NCBI GenBank assembly: GCA_011109175.1
Contig: RDEW01000022.1
Location: 1 to 64,000, forward strand
Direction of reading: 5' to 3'
Origin: Dicyema japonicum
Taxonomy: Eukaryota > Animalia > Dicyemida
Length of the DNA stretch: 64,000 nt
Within the stretch, counting starts at the first letter, position 1. Every line of letters begins with the position of its first letter. The position numbers and the translations under genes were made by a program. Below, piece by piece: positions 40,373-52,961 of the stretch. A model generated the notes under the pieces. It had not been told where the DNA came from. It worked only from the letters and a program-made list of their open reading frames with translations, and did not search any database.

Positions 40373-41189
40373 ATCCGATGTTATCAGACGTTACGCTCAA
40401 CCAGAAGGCTCTCTCCACTTCTCCAGGCTCTCTCAAAATTTATGGTGGAATTTTATATCTTCTCGGTGCTAATATGTAAACATATTAAGAAAATAATGGT
40501 GAAAAATTACTAATAAAGTGTTTTAAGTGAACACACAACTGAAGATGGCATGCCTTAGTTAATTTCCTACGTGGGTATTCCTTTATTTAGAAACTGATCC
40601 ATGACATTTTTTTCTGTTTTAAGACATATCATGTAAATTATAGTTTGACAGATATGATACTTTCTTATTAACTTTGGAGTAACTCTCTTAATTAACAGAT
40701 AGGAGAGTTCAATATGATTTTTCTCTCAATATTTATACTAATCTATTCTAATTTTACAGTTGATTTTCACCGATTTATTATTTTAATAAAATAAAAAAAA
40801 TGCATTATTTATTTTTTAAATAATAATAAATTAATACATGTTTTGTGGAATGGAATAGATATCTGTTTTTGGAAAAATGAAACCCTGTAGTGTCTCCATT
40901 ATATAATTTATTATGTTTTAATTCAAATGATGAATCTATTAATTGAAATAAATTGAAATCGTACTTATAGTAGGGAATTTTTTAATATAACTGAAATCTG
41001 TTATTATTTTTTGAGTATTTTCTATGACATATCACTCGACATCTATTTTCTACCTGTTTTTTAGTTCTTCTGTTTTCGATTCGTAAAATTCGATTTAATA
41101 ATGGGAAGTCGTGAATGTTCAGCTCGTCCATTTTCTGTGTTTCACTAATGATTTAATAAATTCGTATTTATAATTAAATTTTATACACG

Positions 41190-41285
41190 AAAGGAGATCC
41201 CCTTAAGCGCCGCTGGTTATTTAAGAAAATCTCGCTCACCATCCTGAGAGGGAATGGCCACGCAGTCAGGGCGCCGCTGTATAAC
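41190..41285 (+). mobile_element. CRE 3' end fragment; another at 49890-49975
   Basis: Matches 17353-17450 (GGAGA.CC..CGCTG...GAGAGGGAAT.GCCACGCAGTCAGGGC). Confidence 0.8.
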
Positions 41286-43278
41286 CTGTTTGTTTATTTT
41301 ATTTTGTTTAACAATAAAAAGATTAAATTATAAATTTTCAATTATATTAGTCATATTTTTGTAGTCTTCTTATATTAGTCATCTTTCAGAGGCAGTCCCA
41401 GTGAACGCGATGTAACAATTAGACTTGGCAATTTCAGCATTTATCTATTATTAAGCCATCCGAGGTAAATCCTAAAGATACCATTTTTATCAACAGAGGA
41501 AAATGGCCTCTTTAATATAGTAAGATGCAGATTAAATTATGAATGTCTTAGATGGGTAAGGGTGTGTTACGGTTTTCAAGAATAATCCTTTGGATATATC
41601 TCAGAATAAAATGTAAAAAATCAAAAAGACCTGAGGTCCCTTATTCAAGTCTTAAGCGACAGTGGTGACATCAATAGAGGGTTTTGAGGCTGTTTGAGAA
41701 TTCAATCTTTATTGTCTACACATATTCTGAGCTAATTCAAATCATAAATCAATGTAAGCTAATTCAATCCCATCCAATGGGAAATCTCATTGTACTCCAT
41801 ATTGGTTGTATTTGAAGAGTCTGTAGAGAAATGAAGCGGTTGACCATAGCCAATGTAATTAGCCCACTTAATACAAAAATTAGATAGAGTCAGATGGAAT
41901 TGACTGTGTAGTCAATGAGATATGAAGGCCATAATGATGGTTACTATCCTTTTATGACTTAATACTTATAATGAATTTTTTTTACATTTTTGTAATTAAA
42001 TTATTAAAAATTGGCATAATTAAAATAAAAGAAATTTAAAAGACCCGTTAAAATTGAATAATTAAAAATGAAATGACACGAGTGTTTGAAGAGTGAAACA
42101 ACATAACTTTTGGAAGATGATTTTTTCAATTCTCGTATCCAGTTGTCTCCTAAGTACTTTCAATTGTGAGAGAGACCATAAACCATTGAAATCCTTCTGA
42201 TCTTTGAGATTTATATTGTTCTTAAGTGTATCAAATTTTCAGGGTCAAAAGAAAGAAGACAAGAGTTATCATCCATCATATTGCTAAGTAGACATTACGT
42301 ACAATAGAGATTCGTCACCATTTTGTGACCGATAAGCAATTCGTTTTAAAATTAAATTATTATTTTATTTAAAAAAATAGTAAAGACTTTCGTCAGTCGT
42401 CAAGATTGTGATGGCTTCCCTCTGATCACCGCCATTTCGGGTTTCATCCTCAACAAGGGTCCTTCGCAGAGCTCTAATCTCTTCGAAGCTAAACTTTTTC
42501 CGGTAGTGGAGAGAAATGCGCCATCTTTAGAAAATCTTTCAATTATAGGTACTTCATTTACTTTCCAATTTGTCTTATGCAACTCTAAAATTTTACTTTT
42601 CCTGTCTAAAAATGAAAATTGGTAATTAAAATGTTAAATTAGGATTATAGCAAAAATAATGCTTCGCTTACCTTAAGCCGTCCATATTCTCTCCAAATTC
42701 AAGATTGGCTTAAGTCGAATAGATATTTTATATATATATGTCAACCCCACGTGTGTGGATAATTTCATGAAATTAGAAATGTGTCCCCAATCTTTCAGTT
42801 AACACCTATTGTGAATTGGAACGCAATGATCGCACATCAAAGATCATTTATTCCACATTTATTAGTCAGGAAGGCTAACCGGCACAACCTTCTGAACTTT
42901 TACTGGGTATCATATTTGTCAGAGATAAGGAGTCAAAACAATTGACATCCCATATGAGAGATCATCTCTTTTTTCCTTGTTTTTTAGTAAATATAAAGTA
43001 TTACGTTAGGATTGAGAATACATGTTTGATATCGATCACTTTCTGAGGAAATCTCCTTTCATGTGAAAGACATTTAAATAAATTTGGTAAATTATCAAAA
43101 TTCTATCGAAGCTTGCAGAGATTTAATTATGAATAATCAACCTGAAAATTGTCATCTATTATGGTCTTGAGATGGATTCAAGCTATTGTCGAATTTATCA
43201 TTGCCCGTCCTATATGGTCCCATAGCATAAACGCTGAAAAATTTGTAAGTCATTATTATAATCTAAAAGAAAATAATA

Positions 43279-44091
43279 TTAATAATTGAATATTCCAATC
43301 GATAATGAATAATAACGCCTTCTTTTATATTTTATTATCGAAGCGATAGCAATGATCACGACAATTACAGAAATTCCACAAATTGGTATTGCATATTTGT
43401 TTTCTAAATTTAAATTATTATTACTGATTGCATGAGAGTTTTTTTTTTAGTTGACTTTAAATTTGTATTCAAACGGGGTTTTGATGTGAATCGGAGAATT
43501 CTTTCAAAATGACATCCGAGAGCTAAATGTCGGTTACTACAAGTTACAATTTCCAGTAAATATTGCATTATTATGAGTTTGGAAAATTGTATTTTCATAT
43601 TTCTTATTGTTATTGTTCCATAATTAGGAAAAGTTATAACTTTTTCACTGCAGTTATAATAACCGTTGGTCGAAATTTTCGAACTTGGAGTAGACAAACC
43701 AGTATGAATTGGAATCAATGTTAATCCCCAAAAAACATGTATATTATTTGATTGATTGTAAAATAACATTTTGAATACTATATCATTTTTCTTCCATATA
43801 AGATTACGTATATTTGTATTTAAATCAAAATTAAAAATTGCGTCATTTAAATTTTCATATTTTATCTTTTATTGAATATAATGTGATTACAGTATTATTT
43901 ATATTATATTCAACTTCAATTGTCCCACTAAATAACGATACAACTTGATCGTTCTCTAATCCACCCCACAATGGTGCATTATTATTCCATTTTTTCAAAG
44001 TATCAATATTCCTGATCTCTGATTTATTGCTTACTAAACAAATATATATTCCTATTATTGATTTATTCTGTAAACCTATTAATTGAAGCAT
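43279..44091 (-). CDS. Type I membrane LAMP-like protein, distant paralog of 9890-10788; needs 1-2 homopolymer corrections
   Basis: Introns 44052-44075, 43866-43890, 43523-43547, 43404-43424; GYYNC..MKIQF..C; TM AIPICGISVIVVIIAIASII followed by KYKRRRYYSL. Confidence 0.7.
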
Positions 44092-44429
44092 TCTCACAAC
44101 AATTGTTCTAATTTTGAATCAAAATTTTTTATTTAAATAAAATGGAAGCAAATTAAAATAAAATAAAAAATTATTTTTTATATCTTTTTGATAAATAATA
44201 CTGTCTTAAATTATAAAAATAGAATAAAAGTAACATCAATATAAATGACGTTTTGTCAACACCGTGGTGTCAGTTTAACGTGTTTGTGTCATACACAGCT
44301 TCTATAAAAAAAAACATATTTTACATATCTGTCTCCAAAATGAGATCCCAATGGCGGCCGTCTAGGGGGCACAAAGCCTTCGATCTATTGAAATCCTCCT
44401 AAAAGCTTGAGATATCGACCTTAACTCCG

Positions 44430-44850
44430 AGTTGGACAAAATAGAATCATCAACTGAACATCAATGGTATTACACCAAAACACGCGGGACTAGACCGATA
44501 CATGGCTAGACAAAAATTGATATTGTTCTTCAACCAGAGTTCAGAATGTGTCATTTCCAAAACACCAAGATTCATAGATTACTCAGTGCTCAAGGAAGAA
44601 AATGAGTCTCATGGTGGTGGTCCGTTCGCTCATTCATTCTCCCCTCTATTTCACTGGCACCACACAGACTAAACCATGGACCGTTCAGATAACCACATGG
44701 AAGCAATTTCCATCACTATCAAAGACATGTCCACTCTTCATACTCTCATTAATATTTAGGACACCCTCGGCTTTCTTCCAGGATAACAACCTCAATAAAC
44801 ACACAAAAGGTCTACATAGTTCTGACATTTCAATGTTTTGATCTTCCCAG
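44430..44850 (+). mobile_element. LINE APE endonuclease N-terminal fragment
   Basis: QLNINGI..KIDIVL..HGGG..LIH..MEAISITI..LINI. Confidence 0.75.
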
Positions 44851-46149
44851 ACTCTTAACAGTGGCAGTTCATTGAAAACGGTTTATCGAAACGAAAGTGC
44901 CTGTACATGTATTTAGTGCTTCCAACCGTGAAATTAGAGGATATAAGAAATTCTCTGAATAAGTAAACTGCTCATTGAGAGACATAAGTGATTTAGTTCT
45001 CGTTGGGTATAGTACGCTTGTTCATATAATTTTCCACACCTAACATTCAGTCATCGAAGAACCAAAGATTACAAGATTTTCTCAGAAATTGTATGAACTT
45101 GTAGAAACCCATATTTCTATTTTTCGAAAGTAGGTATTTTGGGTCCTCCAAGGATGACATCTTCAGGTATAAGAGGGTTAGAGATAATGGGAATTTTGGT
45201 GATTTTTAATGACCTTGAAAAATTGGTCTAAGAAAGTCTCCTTGCTAGACTTTAAAGGGCAATCGAATATAATATGGGTGGACTAGAGTTTATAGAATTT
45301 GCTGACAATTCCGATAACATTGGTGGATCCAAGCCTCCAGAACGTTGTCATTTCTAATGCTGTTGACGTGTTCGTTATTTCAACTTGACGAGAAAATGTC
45401 TGCGAGAATTTTGGAAACTCTTCCTTGTAAAATGCTTAAAATTTGTTTTAATTTTCTACTTCTTGTTCAAGATATTTTATCGACTTGAGACTCTTATTGG
45501 ATTAGAATTTTGTTGTAACTTAGGTAGAAAATATTTTATTTCCTAAGTCAATCAGAATAACTTCAAATTATCTACTTACATTCAAAAATGATATTTTCAA
45601 ATTTGTCTATATAATCAGTTCAAATCAGTATATTTTTGTTAAATCAGGTATTTACTTTGCAATCATTAAAATGTAACAAATTTTATATTACATTGAATGA
45701 TTTTGAAATTGTACAAAATTTGATGATTTTTAGGTAAAAAAGTTCTGTGACTAAGAGAATAAGGTCAATATGGTGGAATATATTAAAAATTAGGGGAATG
45801 AGCTATCGGAGAAGTGCTACAAGCGAGTTTTGCGGTAGTACGAAAGTGGTAGGAAGTATGTCAAAGACTGGAAGACTGATTAGGTTCCCCCGTAGCAACT
45901 GGCGTCATTGACTCCACATTCCCTTGTCTTTAAAGCAAACATATCGCTAACCTGTCTTGGCTTGATCAATCCAAATACCCTTTAAATAATTCGTAAGAAG
46001 TAATTGGGATTCACTTGTCGTTAAGTAATGGACTTTAAAAGAATGTTGAACACGTGTGTATATTTCGAAAATCACCTCAGGATTTTCCACCATTTCTTAA
46101 ATGGTTTTTATTCACTTCAGTTTCAATTGATTTGTTGACATTTTCTTGT

Positions 46150-46600
46150 CCGAAGTGATTAGGGATGCAACAAATTTATCACCGTTAATTGTCAGTCAGT
46201 TTTCGTTTAACCACACAACTAAGCGGTTCAGGCGGTGTTGTATTATCTCCGTGGCCCGGATGTTTTATCTCGTTTTGCAAAGACAATATCGAAGGAATAA
46301 GCTAGAAGATCATTTTCTCTTTTTGATATCGGAATGTTTCTAAGAATAAGTCGAAGATTTACGGTGATAGTGGTGAACCATGTGTACTCCATTAGAAATA
46401 GCCCAGAGACAGATCGAATATCCCAAAGCACACTCGTCTTCTCCAGCCAAGTTAGCTAGTCAAAATTCAAAATTCCCAGGAATAACTGTCTGAAAGATTT
46501 TCCAAATAAGATTTTCGATGTGAACAGATCGACTTTTTTGCAGATGTCAACTGAGCATAAAACAGTCGTATGATGTCTGAGTTTGTGAAAGAATCACTCA
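46150..46600 (-). mobile_element. Highly degenerate LINE RT core
   Basis: HGSPLSP.IFDLFL and LAYSFDIV (decayed QGSPLSP and YADD). Confidence 0.6.
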
Positions 46601-47329
46601 AGGAGAATCAGGGAGATTTAGCTGTAAAGTCATAATATTAAGTAAATTAGTCCATAAATGTAGACTTTAATAAAAAATTATTTTTTATTTTTATTAATTT
46701 AGTTGTGCACTACAATCTTATTTGGAGTATAGATTACAAGGCTATCGTACTAACAGATCTTCATTATCATTTCCGAAACATGTCTCGTATGTGAAAAATC
46801 TCAGAAGCTTAATTGACCTTGTAAACTCGTCTCTGCTAAATAGAATCGTTATTCTTATTGTGAACCTTCATTGATTTTGAAAAAGGAACATTGGAGAAGT
46901 AAGATGATCAACTAAAAGCATGGGTTCGTATAAGCGTTCGATACCGTCATATCGATATTCGTCTCAACCAAAGTCCATCTAGGGGTTATGATCTCTTCGA
47001 AGCGAGTCCTTGTACGATATTGGAGAGATGATTGATTAAGTGACATAATAAATCATAAATAAACCACTCAGTCTACTCATCAACCTAGTAGAACTACGGT
47101 CACATGCAGTGGATAGAATGAACTGGAACGTCTGGTGAAAAGATCTTTACTCGCGTGACTTAAACTCACCTTAGTCAATATAACATTCTTGGATTCTGTG
47201 AAATTAATCTTAATAATAATAGCCTTTTCACGAGAGCCATAATATCTATAGCTCCGCATAGGCAGGACACACTATTCAAGTCAAGAACAGTTAATTTTAA
47301 CTAATCGTAGAACCAAGGAATGATCTTCA

Positions 47330-47527
47330 CTTCTTTTTTCTTCTTCTTGTGTGTGGGTCCTTTCTAGACAATCAAGTTCCGCAGTGAGTATCCACTGATG
47401 ACTGCGTCACTTGTCAAACCTTTTCTGCATCGTAGATGCGTGGAACCTTCCACCAGGTGAACAGCATTGAGATTCGAACCCGTAGCCTAAGTCACTTAAG
47501 CCCGATACCAACCACTATGCCACCAGG
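47330..47527 (-). mobile_element. tRNA-derived SINE
   Basis: Minus strand: A box TGGCATAGTGG, B box GGTTCGAATC, body shared with 25229 and 27617, AAG-rich tail. Confidence 0.8.
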
Positions 47528-48469
47528 CTATGAACTTGCGTTTAATACTAATAACTTCTTATACGATTATTCTATAAATATTGCTCTTCCAAAAGAATTA
47601 ATAAATTTTATGTTATTTCTGGAAATATATTGGAGTTTTCAGCTTCAACTGGATTTATATACCAATTGAAAATTGTAAATGTTCTAAATCTTTAAAGCGA
47701 AATTTCATGTCGTCCATAACTTTATTAGATTCAAACAGTAGCATTTACAGTCTGAATCCGTTAATTTTTCACCTAATAAATATTATTACGAAAAATAAAC
47801 CCCAAATTTTTGTAGACTTGGAAAATTAAAATTTTTTTATTGTTTTCTTAAAGCTCTAAATTTTCAATAAAATGCATAAAAATCCTTTTACATTTATTAA
47901 AATGATATTGTTTTCTTGCAAGCTAATATTTACTTGATTAATTTTATTAAAAATCTAAAGATGATTTTAAATTCTTGAGGCATCATTCCATAATTTGTAA
48001 AGACTTTCTTACACATAAGACACATAGGAAGTAATTTGTTATGCTCGTAGGGTATCACTCCATCTTTAAGTATTTATCCGATATATACGTCGTTTGACTT
48101 TTTCATCACACATCTATAAAATATTAAATACAATTAGAAAAGTTTTTTTTGGAAGGGTCATTTTTTATTAATATGATAAATAGAAATAAAAAATATAGTA
48201 GAAAATAATTTTTAGAAAATCCTGGCAGTAGTATCCCTGGCAGTAGTCAGAGGTAACAGCCACTCGATCATATCCGCTGGACTTTAGAACGATTTTATTG
48301 TTATAAATAAATGTTTTTCTTGTTCAAAAAAAAAAATTTTTTTTAGAAAAGTACAGACAAGAAAAGTATATTTAATTATAAAGCACGCGATAAATATTTA
48401 TAAAACCTAATACAAATATTTATAATTATTAAAAAATTAAACTTCAAACGCCCCTGTTAAGAACCACTG

Positions 48470-49550
48470 GGTTAGAGTGTTATGCTCTAATAATATTCTA
48501 TTGTGGTTCGATTTTCCTACAGATTAATTGGTCTAAAGATCAGGTCATTGCTTGGAAGAAGACAACTTTTAACATCTACATGTCATTGCAGATAACAACT
48601 CCAAGAATCGGCGTTTTTCTCCTTACATTGATTATGATCAAGAATTGAATACATTATGTGTTTATCTGTAAATTCCTTCTGCGTGCATCTGGATTGTAGA
48701 ATTAAGTAAAATTTAAATTTCTAAGGTAAATTAGACACCGTAACTGTATTGTATAGTTTTAAAAAATATATAATTCCTTTTGTCTTGTCTTCCAATGTAC
48801 ATTGACTAAATAACCGAATAAATCGATATATTGAAGTTACACGGTCAATTCAGTCAGGTTCAGAAATTCATTACTGAGAGACGATGTGTGGTAAATTGTT
48901 GAAAATAAAGGATAATAATTTTTATTATCGTAAATATGAAAGATTTATTGTTTTTATGATAAATTAACTTTTCCAGGATTAACACTAAAATAAGGTAGAA
49001 ATAGGATATTTTAGCATCAAATTAATGTTTGTGTCTTTGGGGGAATGGTCACAGAGTTAAAAGAAAATATAAGTCGTCTTTGTCCAAAAATAATGTATAA
49101 ATTTTTATTCCTAAAAAACAATCGAATCAATTCAGATAAAAGAATAGAGTGGCTGTTCCTCTGACAACTGTAAGAGATATTCTGTGGAACAACCATTGGC
49201 TACCCGATTCTTATGGGTCACTGTCGATATCATTGATCCAAGCGACTTGGAAAAAACCGTCTAAATTACATTTTTGTAGGTTAAATCCATATTTTAAATT
49301 TGAGAAAGCAGTAGTAATAGTACTCAAGGACATTACTTCTATGTGTTCAACCGATTCCAGTCTAAAACCCAACATTAGCCATTATATTTCAATATTAAGC
49401 ATATCTGTAGAGATTTTGTGTACTATCAATGGCTAGGATACGCAACCCGGTTATTTTGACTAGTTATTCAATATTCTTATAACATTTTAAATCTCCAAGC
49501 GAAACTTTTTTGCAAATTTCAGAAATCTTAAAAAATAATATAAATTAGTA
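48470..49550 (+). other. Possible intron-rich gene or remnant (Cys-containing short exons)
   Basis: Several 20-nt GT-AG segments (48891-48910, 48995-49013 region); YALIIFYC|D start resembles IFISC|D at 37126; no complete frame built. Confidence 0.3.
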
Positions 49551-50192
49551 ATCAGGTTGTACACAACATATTTTGACGCTATATTTGTTTTCATAAAAAA
49601 GTGATGGCATACTTCTTTGAATCATGAATTTTCTAAGATTAACATAAATCAGATCTTAAATCAAATTTTTGTGGAGCCGTTTAAAGAATTATGCAGTGAA
49701 GTGGTGGAAAGAAAATCATCATTTATGAAGCTCACTTTTCAGTGGTGCCTCCTGAACATAAATGACTATTTGTTCTTTAGTTAATTTCCTACACTTTTCA
49801 CCATTAAAATCAATTTATTTTATTTTTAATTAAAAAATCTTATATTTAATTTTTACCTAAAAATAAAAAAATAATTATAATTTTAATTACCCTCATGAGC
49901 GCTGCTGGTTATTTGAGCGAATCGCACTCGCCATCTTGAGAGGGAATAGCCACGCAGTCAGGGCAAGCGCTATATGATCATTCACTCTCTTTTCTTAATA
50001 AATAAAAAAATCTTTAAAAAATTTTTAAATTTTATTACATGTTAAGTGTGTGCTTTTGGGTGCTAAAAATCCGTAGTGGAACATTTACATCATTCTTTGA
50101 ACTGTTGATTTCTTGTCAAATATTCGAGATGAGTCAATATCTTTTTTTTCAAGGAATTTTAAGTAAACATACAAAATATGACTAACATGGCG

Positions 50193-50217
50193 AAAATTTA
50201 GAATTTAACTATAAATA
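50193..50217 (+). promoter_or_regulatory. Conserved TATA-containing promoter element; second copy at 52903-52928
   Basis: AAAATTT(T)AGAATTT(A/T)ACTATAAATA; the TATAAATA starts 36 and 41 nt upstream of the two paralogous ATGs. Confidence 0.65.
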
Positions 50218-50245
50218 GGATATTCTTAATAACTGCTTGTCAAAT

Positions 50246-50585
50246 ATGTCACTAGAAGAATTTATCGAACATTGGCTATTTAATTACATTAATGGCGAAA
50301 TAAGATATTATGAACAACGACAAATATGTATCAATAGAATATTGGACGATTGGATTCTTGTACTCCATGACGGAGATCCACCTAATCCTGATACATACAT
50401 GGACCAAAATTACCTTAGTGAGAGAGGTTCATAAACTTGTAATTATTAGACAACATTTTACTGCAAGAACCTGAGGTCTATTCTCTATTGATGGTATGTT
50501 ATGTTTTCAATTATAGGAATATGAACGTAATCGTGCAATACTGCATGATTTTAGAAGGTTACGCAGAAATCTATACTCCCTTTAA
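50246..50585 (+). CDS. Novel small protein, paralog X1 (97 aa as assembled; a disrupted 4th exon follows)
   Basis: 23-nt introns 50427-50449 and 50494-50516 give MSLEEFIEHWLFNYI..YEQRQ..DPPNPDT..LQEPEVYSLLMEYERNRAIL. Confidence 0.7.
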
Positions 50586-50646
50586 TTACTAATATACGCT
50601 TTATTTTGATGGTTTAACTTAACTGACTTGAATTCATTTTTACATT

Positions 50647-50814
50647 TAGCTCTTTTAATTTTGATTCTACGCAAACCCGACGTGATCCTCTAGCTCTATA
50701 AATTTTGATTCTACGCAAACCCGACGTGATCCCCTAGCTCTTTTAATTTTGATTCTACGCAAACCCGACGTGATCCTCTAGCTCTTTAAATTTTGATTCT
50801 ACGCAAACCCGACG
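50647..50814 (+). repeat. 44-bp tandem repeat, 3.8 copies
   Basis: TAGCTCTWTWAATTTTGATTCTACGCAAACCCGACGTGATCCYC at 50647, 50691, 50735 and 50779 (partial). Confidence 0.95.
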
Positions 50815-51524
50815 CTTCCTTCGTTCAGAACTTCTCGTCTCCAATGTATTCTGAGTCAATACGCGGAACATATAAGACAAGGGCTTTTATGTATCGTGAA
50901 GCTTTGTACAATAGAGATATCCCACTACCATAACTCACATAGAATTGGGTTCCTTAGTCATTCGTATACTCTCTCATTTAAATAAAACGATTAAGAGAAG
51001 TAGCATAGTGACTATTGTTTCTCTCGTCGCGTCTGTAATGTACATCCTGGGTTTTCAGAAAGTTATACCATAAGAAAAGAATTAGATTCAAAATGCTACA
51101 TACTCAGATGCACAAAGAAATATGCCCGCGTAAACGAATAATTAGTTTCCCTGGTCAAAACTGATGGACAACAACTTAAAGACATTTTTAATTTTTTAGT
51201 TAGTTGGTAGAGCAGGAGTTAATAATATTGCAACTATCCAAAGCGCTGGCATCCTCTTTCTTCCTCTTGGGGGAGTTTGCCACTACTCATCCTTATTCCT
51301 ACTCCACATTGAAATCAGTCGCTTCTCTTCCAACTTCAAATGGGATATCTTCATAAGTATATGCCAGTTCCACATGTTAATTTGAAACAGATATGAAATA
51401 CCATCGGAGGCTTTTATGCCATGGTAGTGTCCAGCCACCATACTTTAAAAAGTTCTCTTCAACACGACTGATTGAATAAGTCCATTTTAAACGCATTATT
51501 TAAAATAGTCACTCCCGATATAGT

Positions 51525-51830
51525 TTGGTGGTGACGATTGAGGTGGTAACGACGCCTCTATTGCACTATATCTTATTCGTATTCCTTACCGACTTCTCCG
51601 TTCACTCTGGGATCTTCTAATTGCAGATGACTTAAACACCTTACAAGAAACACCAACTGGTATGCGATCTGACAAAATACGACTTCTTTGTCTGCTGTCT
51701 ACAAGAGACAACAACGACCTTACAATGTACATAACTGTTTGAAAAAATTCCACTTTTTTATCCACCCATCGGCCTGCCATTAGTGTCTAGGATGTGCAGT
51801 CAATCAGGACCTGTTGCCTAATTGGCTATT
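51525..51830 (+). mobile_element. 5' part of the non-autonomous RTE family
   Basis: Aligns with 19945-20180 and the reverse complement of 57930-58175. Confidence 0.8.
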
Positions 51831-51989
51831 TTAGAGAGCAGGCTGATATGGCATATTTAAAAAGATCCGGGTATAACGGATACTTCTTCATCGTCCTAAA
51901 CAAAAGTTAAAGTGTAGACATTGAAAAGTGCAAAAATGTTTTAACCACATCAACTAAAAAATAATTAATTAAATTAAATAATTTTTAAA

Positions 51990-52580
51990 AATCACTTTAT
52001 TTAACCAACTAAAAATTAATTATTTTAACAATTAGCAACCTTAATCGCTTGTCTGATCTCAGACTTCTCAGGCAGGATCGATCTCCTTTCAGAAACAGCT
52101 CCGAAAGCGCCTTACCCAATTGAGCTCTCTTCCAATATGGCATCTCCGGGCTCTTCCTCCTATATTCCAGTGTCAGGCTCTTTTGGGTCCGCTTTAAAAC
52201 AGTTGACTGTAGTTAGGCTTTGAACTTCCTATCTACCTCTGACTGTTTTAGTTTACCTTTGTGTTACTTTGTTGCGATTCCTTCCCACTTCATTACTATA
52301 GAATAAAAAGGACCTTGCAACCAATGATCTGCCCATCTCGTTTCAAGCAAGTTATACTTCCTTTTCTCCTCCAACTCATCAGTCTGAAAACTGTGTTGAA
52401 ACGTAATGCCAAAACATCTATGATATGGACTTGGCAGACTCCTTATCGGGTACCACAATATCGGTTTATTGTGTTTGACCAAGACTGAGGTTCGGATAAC
52501 ATTGTCTACTTTGATCGGGACCCTGGTCTTCTCTACTACAGATTGCACCTTATGAGTTCGCAACATTCTGTGTGGCGTTG
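51990..52580 (-). mobile_element. 3' fragment (RLE domain + 3' UTR) of the 60470-63665 family
   Basis: LRTHKVQSVVEKTRVPIKVDNVIRTSVLVKHNKP..EEKRKYNLL..IVMKWEGI; ends TAAATAAAGTG. Confidence 0.9.
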
Positions 52581-52961
52581 TTAAGGAAAGGGGTTATTAT
52601 AGTCATAGCAGAGTCATGGACAGCTCTAAAGTTGTTAAGGAAAGGGGTTATTATTTTAAAAAAGTTTTTGATGTCATAATTCTAAATTAGTGAGGAAGTA
52701 ATACGAATCGGTAAGACTCAGCAACCGACTTCTACCCAGACAGTCACTGCTAAAATCGATAAAACTCCGGGTAATCTTGGAAAGTAAGTCCTAGATATTT
52801 TTGTGTTGTTGGATCAACTTATCTGAATTATTTGAGTGAGTCAATTCCTATTTTTTCATAGAAAGTTTAAACTTTTCTCATAAAATCTGACGGCGATAGT
52901 CTAAAATTTTAGAATTTTACTATAAATATGAAATTTTTAATTAATAAGTGAAACTTAGAAA

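Noticed and set aside
47444-47527. Functional tRNA gene
   Set aside because: Has A and B boxes but no convincing acceptor or anticodon stems, and continues into a repeated body and tail: a SINE
50647-50814. CRISPR array
   Set aside because: Units are directly adjacent with no unique spacers, there are no cas genes, and the context is eukaryotic
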